A stretch of 64,000 nucleotides of DNA from Macrostomum lignano (Eukaryota). The notes beneath the pieces are model-generated. The model was not told the DNA's origin and did not search any database. It saw only the letters and a list, made by a program, of their open reading frames with translations. The stretch lies in assembly GCA_002269645.1 (NCBI GenBank), contig NIVC01003907.1:6327-70326 (forward strand). The letters run 5' to 3'. Every line of letters starts with the position of its first letter. Within the stretch, counting starts at the first letter, position 1. The position numbers and the translations under genes were made by a program. Positions 1-12,200 of this stretch are shown piece by piece.

Positions 1-229
1 GTTATATTTCAAATATTTTTTTCCTTATTTTAAGCGCTCTAATATTGGTAAAAATTATTTTTTTAATTATGGTGAAAAATCTCCCACGTGGTATTTTAGG
101 ATTCGATCAGGCCGGTCAGAATTTTAATAACCTAAGTTGATTCATTCCCACAGAACCCAGAGCTGTTAGGTCACTGCAGCTCTATTTCTATTAAGCCACA
201 GCACAGAGAGACCCAATAAGTCAGGCACA

Positions 230-3200
230 ATGGAAGTGGAGGTGGCTCATCCCTCCCAGCCTAACGCTAGCAGATTTGACGAGTCAGCAGCCGCCGCCAT
301 GTCGCTGCCGCAGCCGCCGGCGCCGCAGCAGCGGTCGGGCAACACGCGCAGCGGCCACACCAGCCTGCAGCAGAAGCGTCCAGCGCCCGTCGATGGCTCC
401 AAAATTCTGCGTAACGATGAAGTTTACCGCCAGCTGTTCGAGGCGCAGGTGCAGCTCACGGATCAGCTGGCCGGCACCCGGTGGTGGCGCGAGAACAAGC
501 CGGCCGTGAAGCAGGTGAAGTCCTCCCGGGACCTCAGCCTGCCGGTGGTCCGCAACGCCGCCCCAGCCACCAGCCGCGGCATGCTGGCCGGCCGTCAGGC
601 CGATTGGACGCGCGCCTTGGAGAACGACGGCCGCACGGAGAACCCGGTTGTGGCCAGGCAGACGGCGGAGTGGCTGGACCTGGTGTCGGCCGAGACCGAG
701 TCCGGCCAGCACGCCACCGAGGTGGCCGACCTGCCCGATCAGGTGAGCTGAAACATTCAAGCTGGCTGTAGGACACCGAAAACTTGAGCACCATCATGGA
801 TACGGAAGCAAAAGCCCCGGGCCGAACCCACTGAAATCGATAGTTTGTCGGGCCACTCGGCTAAAGAAAGGCCATAAAGACCAACAGCACTTGGCGTGAC
901 TCAAGACGCTAAGCAGTTGAATGGGAGTTTTAATAAATAAGCATTTTAATCTCGCCGAAGAGTCGTAGTGCAGATCATTGAGTATTGCAAGTACTCTCGT
1001 GCATGTAGACAGTCGAGATTGGTGTTTCTGTCCGATCGGATGTCCGATGTCCGTGTGACTCTACTATAAATTTTTTGTTTCATTCTATAGCCTTAAGTTG
1101 GTAGCCTATGGTCGTAGTCTAGAGGGGTTTTAGCCGAGTGTTTAGAGTGTCTGACTTAAACAACTGAAAGGTCGAAGGTTCGATTCTCGACCCACTTGGA
1201 ACAATTTGTGTCGTTGAGCAAGACACTTAACTCTGCATTGCATCAGTTCAGTTGTAATATGGGTGCCAGCATTAGCTGGGGGTAAGTGAGGGTGTGCATG
1301 TGTGGTGACTTCCCGGTCCTTCAACTGAACAGCCGTACGCATCCTTCAGATGCGCTGCGTAATAGCTGCGGCTGAGCTGTCGGTTGCACGTCTGCACATT
1401 AGGGCAGGTGTACTCAATCTCAACTTAGGGCAGGTTCACCCGCTCTGCTCTGAGGGATGTCGAAGAATTCATAATCGGTCTTCTTCAAACACCAACATCC
1501 CAGGTCCGACCGTCAAAACTGCGCTCCGACGTGATCGACCGGATCAAAGAGAAGCGACGCGAACGACACAACCTCACACTGGAGGAGATGCACCAGGAGC
1601 TCTATCAGGTCGGCGTCACCTTCGAGCCGCTGATTGTCCAGCGTTGCCAGAGCCTACACGAGACGCTGGCCAAGCTCGAGGAGGAGCTGGACCGTCGGCT
1701 GAGCCCGCTGGCGACCAACGAGTCGCTGATGGCGCTGGACCAGCACCAGCTGCTCGGCCTGTGGCAGGGCGTCGCGGAGGTCTTCGCCGATAGACGCAAC
1801 GCCATCGGCAGCCTCGACGAAGACCTGCTGGGTGAGCGGTGCCGGGTTTCAGAACTCATATCATCTGCAGATTTTTCTACAAATGTTACCTCAAACATCT
1901 CAGAACTTCCCATATCCTGGATGATTTATTTTGTTAAATGTACAATTTTATTGGAAGATTCGAGTCCCCACTTCTCCCCCGTGTAGAGTGTGGTGTTTCG
2001 GGAAATAAGTTCGCAATGAGCTGCACGTCTTTCCTGGAAATATTTCATCTTATTTACATTTAGATCGGCTGCTTAATTTCTAAGAAAACGCACTCGAAAG
2101 GCTTAATTTCATTAAAGTCATTAATTCTGGATGTTCTGTGTCTTGGAAATCTCATGCATCGCATACTCATCGAAATAAGTGCATTCTGAAACCTGAATTT
2201 CCTGGAAAATATTTCGCACGCGTTTTGAATGATTTTCAAGCCTCAAACCCCGCCCCCAGCCCTGGAGTCCGACCGGGTCACCGAGATCCGCCGGGTGTTC
2301 CACTCCTACAGCGAGGTCCTGGAACGCGTCAGCCACCTGGCGCCAGCCGAGCTGCACCGGATCGTGGACGACGAGGCTGTGCAGATGAACCAGACCCTGC
2401 TGGGCAACCAGCGCAGCTTCGCGGACCTCAACGCTCGATTGGTCATGTCCGAGCTGGACAGAGAGCGCCGGATGCGCGCCCATTGGCAGGACAAAATTAC
2501 CGAGTGGCGCGCCGGACACGTGGAGGTCGCCGTGGCCGGATTTCATCAGTTCGTGCAGAGCCCGCAGGTAAGATTCAATTAGCTCCTATTGGTGCCTTAT
2601 CTTGCCGATCAAATGATCAAATCTTGCTGATCAAATGCCGAGCTAGCAATTTTTAGAATCGTAACTACAAGTGCATGTGTTTTTTCTATTTTCTCAAGCC
2701 TTTGATGTGCCACCAAAATCCACCTCGAATGCTTTGATATGCCGCCACGAACATCTCAAATCCTTTTATATGCCGCCATGAACGCCTCAAATCTTGTGAT
2801 GTGCCGCCACTTTTCCTCAAATCATTTGATGTACCGCCTCGATCCACCTCGAATGCTTTGATGTGCCGCCTCGATCCACCTCGAATCCTTTGATGTGCCG
2901 CCTCGATCCACCTCGAATCCTTTGGTGTGCCGCCTCGATCCACCTCGAATCCTGTGACCCACCCCGCACTCCAGGTACAGTCCCCGCCCAGCCTGGAGTC
3001 CATCCTAAGCAACATGCGCGCCGAGCAGTCCGAGATCAACTCCCGCCGACTCGAACTCATCGAGGAGTTGAGCAGCTTAGCCCCGCCCAACGCCTGCAAG
3101 TCTGGGGTGGCTGCCTGGCACCAAAAAATGCAGCAAGTCTGCAAGATGCTGGGTACGTGGCAATCTGCTGTTCTACTAATTAGACTACTAATAGTAACGT

Positions 3201-6200
3201 GAGGCAACACTCTAAAGCGCAGGGTGCACACCTGCCCCTGAATTTCTCACGAGGCCTATGGCTACGGACTCTTTAGAGTATAAACTGATGGAAAGTTTTT
3301 GAAGGCCTAATTGGCGTAAACCATTAAAAACCTCTAAGACTCAATCAGTGGCGTGCCCAGGAGTTTTCATTGGAGGGAGTCGCAACCCTAAAGGGCGCCA
3401 GCCAATATTTGGTGTCTTGGCGTGCGCGTCCTTACCCCAGTCTCTTAGGCCGGTGGATGCCACGTCCTAAGACAGCTTAGCTGACTCTTTCAATCTATTT
3501 TTTTAAGAAGCGCAATTTTGAATTGGGGCGATTGGCCCAAGGTTGCGCAGGCCACTGGGGCTCAATGAAGACTTGCCTTGATGATGAAAGCTCTTACTGT
3601 AGTAAACTTACGAAACCGGAGACTAAAAAACAACGCATTGCATCCACTGCGGCTTCAGACGAGACCAACCAGAAGTACCTGCAGCAGGTGTACGAAGACT
3701 ACGAGAGAGTCTGCCAGCACTGCCTGGAGGCCATGGACCAGCTCAAGCAGGGCCTGGTGAGCGACGGCGTGTCCACTGAGCAGGAGGCGGACGCCATGGT
3801 CAAGGAGCGCTGCCTGCCGCTCATCAGCGCGCAGCAGCGCGTGTTCGAGGAGCGACTGGAGGCTATGGATGTGAGCTGCAGATGGAAATTCTACCCTGAA
3901 CCCTACCCGGATTTCTCCCATGTCAAAATAACATGCCCAGTAATTTACTCATTTCTACGATAATCTCCCCACAGTAGATTTTCCCAGCTCTCCGAAATCC
4001 TACTGGGTTTTCCCCGCCAAATTGGGGTTGCACAAAATTCTCCCTTGGCCTGCATAGAAAACCCCAATTACCCCTTATCGCAGCGTCTATTTGAGGCCAA
4101 CGCCAAGCGAATCGGCGTCCAGTTGAAGTCGCTGTACAAGCTGGCACAGGGCGCCGCGCACCTGTGGGATCGGCATCAGCTCGACCTCGCCGGCCTTGAG
4201 CGCACCCTGGTAGAGCGCCTGGACGCCAACCGGGAGCAGCACAACCGGCAGAACCAGGACCGGGAAGCCCAGCTGGACGTCGTGATGGACAAGCTCCGCC
4301 AGGAGTCCACGGAGGCCGGCCTGAAGCACCAGCTCAGCCGGGCGCTGGACACGCTGAAGGCCATCGAGGGCACGTACCGGAAGTTCAAAGACGAACAGCT
4401 GGTTGAGGTTCGAACCTACCCGAAACTGGTCGAAGAAGAGGTCGAAAACCTGGAACGAGCGGTCTGCGAGTACTTCGGACTGGAGAGAGCGGACAAGAAG
4501 AAGGTGAGCTTTCTGCAGTGGACTCCCTCCTCCAATTCACCTTTGATTAGTGGCGACCATAGCGACAAAAGTATGATTAACTTGATCCTTTCATGTTCCG
4601 TGTCTCTCAGCAAAACCTTAAATTTACTGACTGCAATCTGTGCTTCATTTGATGCACGTTGTGACGCCTCCTGACTCACAGCAGTGACACCTCCTGACAC
4701 ACAGTTGTGGCGCCTCCTGACACACAGTTGTGGCGCCTCCTGACTCACAGCAGTGACACCTCCTGACACACAGTTGTGGCGCCTCCTGACACACAGTTGT
4801 GGCGCCTCCTGACTCACAGCTGTGACACCTCCTGACACACAGTTGTGGCGCCTCCTGACACACAGTTGTGGCGCCTCCTGACACACAGTTGTGGCGCCTC
4901 CTGACTCACAGCTGTGACACCTCCTGACACACAGTTGTGGCGCCTCCTGACACACAGTTGTGGCGCCTCCTGACTCACAGCTGTGACACCTCCTGACACA
5001 CAGTTGTGGCGCCTCCTGACTCAGCTGTGACACCTCCTGACGCACAGTTGTGGCGCCTCCTGACACACAGCTGTGACACTCCTGACACACAGTTGTGGCG
5101 CCTCCTGATACACAGTTGTGGCGCCTCCTGACACACAGTTGTGGCGCCCCCTGACACAGTTGTAGCGCCTCCTGACACACAGTTATTGCACCCTGACTCG
5201 CATTTTTGCCCTCCAGAAACCCAGTTGTGGCGCTTCCCTGACGAATCAATTTCCTCTGACTATATTTATGATTTTCAATTGACTTAACCGCCTCCGACTT
5301 TGTCTGAATTGTTTGGTCAATCAGTCGGATTCCGAGGAGGCCTCAGAGCCCGATAATGCCGACACAGCCCCCCAGCCTTATCAGGCTGACAGAGTGGGCG
5401 CTGGGTCTCAACCGGACGCTCAGCTGCAGGTTGGTTGCAGACGTTGTCAAATTTTCCTGTATAGTTTTACTATCGCTGCAATCTTTCCTGCACTGCCTTA
5501 ACATTTTTTGCGATACACAAAGACTCATTTTGTACCTGCATGTCACAGTGACAATACTCTATTTAAATCTTTAACTTATTTTTTCCGCTACTTCTATAGC
5601 TCCTACAATTTAATCGGAAATCACACTCACGTATTTTCACAATAATTCTGTGCTGCATATTTATACAATTGGAATTTATATACGGACCTATTAGAAACTC
5701 AATATTGGCCAATTGCTAAAATTTTCTAATAAAATGCATTTACTTCTACTTTCTTATGGGCATACGAGTGCGCACGAATTCCTAAATTTTTATGCTGCGC
5801 CAAAATCTTCTATACGACGTAGTTTTAAAACAGACAGTCCAAGCCGTAAATTCCTGGATAATTTAGCAAACTTAGTGCGTAAACAACTTGTTTTCGATGC
5901 AGTCTGTTATGATGTACTTTAGCGAGCACCACTGAGAATGTACATGGCTGAGGGAGGCAATAAAATGGGGATGGGACGCTCCCGGGTACGGAGAGAGGGA
6001 GGAGAGGCTGCGTGCGGTCAGAGGGTTTGAACTGGGGGTAAGAGGAGATCGATAAATGAACCAATAGGAAGTCACGAGGAGGAAAGAGAGGATTGCATTG
6101 TACATAGCGTAGTCAAAGATGTGCTAAATAAAATCAATTATAAAATTTACTTCGCGCAGAAATTTAACCTAAAAACTCCAATTAGACGCCCATCGAAAGT

Positions 6201-9200
6201 AGCTTAGCATGGTTCTTTTAGTCCAGCTATTAATCGTTTTACAACACTTAAATTTTACTTCGTATCCTGAGGGGTTGTTGCCTGAGGGGTTGTAGCCTGA
6301 GGGGTTTTAGCCTGAGGGGTTGCTGCCTGAGGGGTTGTAGCCTGAGGGGTTGTAGCCTGATGGGTTGTAGCCTGAGGGGTTGTAGCCTGAGGGGTTGTAG
6401 CCTGAGGGGTTGTAGCCTGAGGGGTTGTAGCCTGAGGGGTTGTAGCCTGAGGGGTTGTAGCCTGAGGGGTTGTAGCCTGAGGGGTTGTAGCCTGAGGGGT
6501 TGTAGCCTGAGGGGTTGTAGCCTGAGGGGTTGTAGCCTGAGGGGTTGTAGCCTGAGGGGTTGCTGCCTGAGGGGTTGTAGCCTGAGGGGGGTTGTAGCCT
6601 GAGGGGGTTGTAGCCTAGTGGTTAGAGCGTCGGACTCGCGACTTGAAGGTCGGGGGTTCGATTCCCGATCCCTTGTGTCCATTGTGTCCTTGAGCAAGAC
6701 ACTTAACTCTGCATTGCTTCAGTTCACCCAGCTGTAAAATGGGTGCCAGCATTAGCTGGGGGTAATTGAGGGTGTGTGGCGACCCCCGGTCCTACGCCAG
6801 AGCCGACAGAGCCTCCTACAGCCGTACGCAGCCTTCAGATGCGCCGCGCAATAGCTGCGACTGAGCTGTCGGTTGCACATCTGGCCCAATTGGGGCAGGT
6901 GTAATCACGTGTAATCAGTGTAATCACAATAATCATTTCTACTATTTTAGTTTCCAAACTATTTTTAGCTCAGAGGCTAAATGTTTTGCATTGAAGTCAG
7001 TGTTCTGCATATTACGATCTATTATTCTTAACTTTCTAAATCAGCTGACCGGTTTTACTTCAGGTGGAGAAGAAGAAAGTCAAAGCGACTCTGAAGCCGG
7101 CGGAGCTCGCCAAGATCAAAGCCGCGCAGGAGGCTCGCCTATCCGAGGTGAGCTTTTTGTGAAATTCAGCTTATTATACCATTATAAACTCTTTATTCTA
7201 CTAACAAGTAGAAAAATGATTCACGATATTATTCGAAAAAAATAGAATATAAAGAAATTTTCGCTAGTTTCGGTTCAAATTCGAATAAAGCTTTTGTAAT
7301 TTGATCACCAATTAAGCAAATGATAGTGTACTAGTATTTGTTTATCAGAGCTACTTTAGTTTAGGCTCAACAACACTTCAGTCAACGATTACAACTAAAT
7401 TTTAGGGCTACTGAAATTCAAAAGCAAAGTTTTCGAATAAAATTGGTGCAAGCAAATGATAAATAAATAGTCGCATAGTCGACAGCAACAAGTCAACGTA
7501 AAGTAGTGTCTCTTCTCTAAGCGGCTCCAAAAATCAGTAGAACAGCTCCTCAGCGCCGTTGTCCAGGCTGGCGTTCAGCGCAGAGATCACGCGGTCTTCC
7601 TGGCCACCGCTGCCGCTGCCGCCTCCGCCGCCTCCGCCGCTGCCGCTGCCGCTGCCTCCGGCAATTTGCCTCTCGTGCGCTCCGTCGTGAAAGCCGTTGC
7701 GGTTGCCGCCGCCGCTGCCGCTGCCGCCGCTGCCACTCGGCCCGGCTCCGTCTTCGTCCGGCACGTACAATGGATTCCGGGTTATTTTGGCAGCGTGCGG
7801 ATGGTGCTGCTGCGGCTGCGGCTGCTCCTGTTGCTGGTAGACATGGTTGTAGGCACCCAGCTCGTAGTCCACTTCGTCTCGCGGCTGACTCCGTCTCTGC
7901 TCAACTTGAGCAAGCTGCTGCGGCAGTCCGTACGGATTGTTCTGATCATCCAGCTCGTCAGCAAAGCGCATGGTGATGACCTGAGAGTCCGGCGATCCCT
8001 GGGGTCGTTGCTGCGTCTGCTGCTCCTGCGGCTCCGGCTGCTGCTGAGGACCTTTGATCGGCTGGTAGAAATTCTGCGGCATTGGCGGCTGCAGCTGTTT
8101 CTGCTGCGGCTGCGGCTGCGGCTGCGGCTGCGGCTGCGGCTGCTGCTGCCTGGCGGACGCTGGCCTCTGCTGCGATACGTTGACATAGAGCGGCTGCTGA
8201 ACAGGCCGCTGCTGCTGCGCTGGCGGTAGCTGCTGGTCCACTCGCGGCTCCTGCTTACCCTGGTAGATAATCCGAGCCGATCCGACCGTGGGACTGGCGC
8301 CGTCGGCCACTGTGGCCTCGCCGGCCAGGCTGTTCTCAATGGTGTCCAGCTTTATCTCGTCCGGCAGCTGCAGCCCAATCAGCACCGGCGTCCGCAGCTG
8401 CACGGGTTCCTGACTGCGCTCAACCTCGGCTTTGAACACCAGCCAGTAGCGCACGCCGATGATGCTGGAGTTGGGTAGGCCGCTCGGCGGGATGAAGCGC
8501 GGCACCGTCAGCCCCACGTGGCGCCACTGTCGGTCTGTTGGAAAGATTAAGCAATCAATCAGTGATTATCAGTTGAGCAGGCGTGTCTAAAGCAGCAGAA
8601 ACAGTCTGGTTAACTTACTCTCCTGTTGTCGCACCACATACTTGTCCTCGTAGTCAGTCACAATCAGCCGTTCAGTGTTCACTCGACCGCGGACCCGATA
8701 TTCGACTTCCATCACCAGCGCAATGCTCATGCTCCGAACCACCTTGCGTGACGAGTTGATGAGGTTCAGATTCACGAAGATGTTGTCTCCGATGTCGTAG
8801 GCTCGTCTCGGCATGAACAGCGACACCTTGATTGAGTTGGAGCCAGTCGTCAGAGCGGAGGTTTTGATCGGGTGCTTGTAGTCAATCCGGTAGGAGTTCA
8901 GGTGATTGGCCATGCCCTCCAGGGGGAGTCGTGACTCCACCATGAAGACGTTGGTAGTGATGCAGGGCTCGCGGTGAACCGGCTCATTTCGGTCAGCCTG
9001 GATGACCACCTTCACCAAGTAGGACACGTTGCCGTAAGACCCTGTGAAAGTCGCTGGCAGTTCGAATGGCAGGTCGCAGGCGAACGGGAACACGTGCTCA
9101 CCCGGCGACAGCGTCACCATCTCATAGCTTCGCTTGCCAACGAGCTCGGCGATTTCGTTCAGGTAGACCTCGTCGTCGGAAACGAGCTCGTCACCCTGCA

Positions 9201-12200
9201 GGGTGCGCAGCCGCCAAGCCGCGCAGCTCGCCGGCGAATAGACGCCGATGCCGTTCGGACCGTCGCTGCGGTCCAAGATGATCTCGAAGCTCTGCACCTT
9301 GCCATTGGGCTCGAACGGCACGTTCCTGGGCCGCTCGATGGCGTTGCTTCGCTCCATTATTTTTTCCGAGTTCGAGCTTTGGACTGAGCTGTTTGCTGCC
9401 GAGTATCAAAAAGCTTTTGTCTCTACCTGACCAAGCCGGGCTCATCTGGCTTGTTTTATTGCGACCCGCTGGTGTGGGGTGGACCAGGGTAAGAAAAAGA
9501 GGGTCTGACAGACTGGGCGACCAGAGAATGAAATGAAATGCGCGCCATCGCCGAGCCTCAGCCGCAGCTGTTTGTTTATCTCGTCCTTCGAGAAACTTCA
9601 TTCTTGGCAGGGAGGCCCAGAGCTCCTCTGAGCAAAGCAACAACTGCTCAAAACTGGGGTGGGATGGATCGAATAGCCATGCATCCATCTAGAATTCTCT
9701 TTCTCTGCATCTTGCTAAGGCGACTCACCCACCCACTCAGTGTCTGCTGAGACACTCAGTTACCTGGCAATCGCAAAATTCCATTTTTTATTCTGATGCT
9801 CCGCGCGTGCACTTCAAACTGGCTTGCTATTTTCTACCTGAGCGAGACTGCTTTCAGAAAAAGACACGGAATGGGCAGTCAGAGACTGCTCTACTCAAAC
9901 CTCTGCGCTTTTGAGCAGAGTTTACTCGTCGCGTCATCTTAGAAACATCCACCCAGTCTCCGACCGAAAAACACTGCAAGCCCCATCGCCCCACTCTTTG
10001 GGCGTTGCCTTCAAAGAAAAGATCTGTACACTCCGTTTGCTGAAAACTTCTTCTAACTGGCTTGCTAATTTTGCAAAGCAAAGTTAGAATGGCAGGCTAG
10101 ATGAAACATAATGAAAAATTATGTATAAAGTTGGGCCAGACGACAGAAGCTGAATCTTTACCAAAGTAGTAAATGAAAAACAGGTTCTATAAAATTTTAA
10201 GAATTTAAAGAAAGAAAGTCGAGCAACGACTGTGAGGGGCTACGATTAATTCTCTAGGGAGGGACGGAGAGAGGCGGATTCAGGGACTGAGGCTGAGCGG
10301 AGAGGCGGATTCAGGGACTGAGGCTGAGCGGAGAGGCGGATTCAGGGACTGAGGCTGAGCGGAAGAGCGGAGAGGCGGTTTCAGGGACTGAGGCTGAGCG
10401 GAAGAGCGGAGAGGCGGTTTCAGGGACTGAGGCTGAGCGGAGAGGCGGATTCAGGGACTGAGGCTGAGCGGAGAGGCGGATTCAGGGACTGAGGCTGAGC
10501 GGAAGAGCGGAGAGGCGGTTTCAGGGACTGAGGCTGAGCGGAAGAGCGGAGAGGCGGATTCAGGGACTGAGGCTGAGCGGAGAGAGGCGGATTCAGGGAC
10601 TGAGGCTGAGCAGAAAGGCAGATTCAGGGACTGAATCAGAGCGGAGAGACAGATTCAGGGAAAGAGTCAATGTGAGATAGACATGGAATACACAGCCTAC
10701 ATTTCTAATATTAAAAGCTTGAAGGAAAGTCCAGTTTAGGCTAAAAATATGCTTTTTATGCTACTGGCAGTAGACAGATGCTGAACTCTCTGAAACGCTG
10801 CAGGAGGATGAATGGATTCGCACGGCGTTTCGCGAAATTTTGTTCACCAGCCGCGGCTCTGAGTTCCGGGTCCTGACAGAGGCCGGCGTGCATGGAATTC
10901 CACCGCCAGACGCTGAAAGCCTTCAGCAGCCGCCGGCGGCGACAAACCAGCAATCGTCGAACCAGCAGGAGTCGCAGGCGAAGCACGGCTACATCACCTT
11001 GCTGCCCGCGGACGCTACGGACAAGGCCGCCGAGGAGGACGAGAATGTCCGCAGCGCGGCGGTGCCCCGGCGAACCATCTTGGAGGCGAAGATTGCGTAA
11101 GTGTCGCAATGGATGGCTGAGTCATTTTGCAATGGCGTAAGCCCATGCTGAATCCCGACGGTTTCGTTTATTTTTCAAAAAACATTTCGCACACTCGGGC
11201 TTTGTCATCGGGGGTGGCTTGGGTGGATCAGTCTTTGCACCCGTCCTCCTGATTCCACTATGGGTTGGCGGTGTCTTAGTCCATAGGCTTGGGTTAGTAG
11301 CATCCAAATAAGGCTTCACCGGGCCTTGAGTTCTGGTCCCAATCTGGGCCACTCGGGCTTCGGCCCCAGGTAGTATGGCCCCCTACAAGATCCAGCGGCA
11401 GAGCCCTTCCTTGGGCTGATCCGCGGGTAGCCCCGGCTTCCCACCCCGTTTAACAACAACAAACAAAAGGTCTCATCCCGCTACTTATAGTAATCCATGA
11501 TCCAGATGATGAAAAATATCAACCCCGAGGCAAAATCGGTCTAAAAATTCCAATCTCTTCTGCATCAACCTCGCAGCATCCGGCAGAACTTTCTGGACTT
11601 TCTCGACTCCTGGCGACCGGAAGCGGCTCAGCGCGGCGCCGGCATCGTCCGCGCCAAAACCGAGGAGCTGGAGGCCGAGCTGCGCCTCCGCCTGCACCTG
11701 CACGAGCCTCGGGCCCGCCGAGCCGAGCTGGACGTTCACAACGTGCGCGCTGCCGAGCTCGTGATGCACTCGGAGCGGGTGACGCGCCACACCAAGGGCG
11801 TCCAGCAGACTCTGGACGCCATGAAAGCGGAATTTGCCGCCATGAACGAAGAGCACGAGTGGCTCATGCGCGAATTCGCCACCAAGATTGACGGAATGAC
11901 AGAGGCCTACACCAGCGCGACAAAGTCTGCCAAGTAAGCGCTTGCTTTTGGTACTGCGGCGCACTTCTATTGATATAAAACTTAAAAATTGAAACCCATC
12001 TACATAGAAGAAAAATACATGTTAAGAAGTCAAAGGCTTGGTGTAGATTTACTACGAGATGTATTATATAAAGTGCTCTAGGTAAAGTTAAGAGAGCCAA
12101 AAGTTTGCAAAATACAGCTCAAAACCACCTTAAAACTTAATAATCGTGAAGCATCGTAAGTGCGTAACAAACTGTCTATATTTGATGCCTTGTATTTGTT

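Noticed and set aside
6604-6680. tRNA genes at the A/B-box sites (also 1125 and 12216)
   Set aside because: No complete cloverleaf, and each continues into a shared SINE body.
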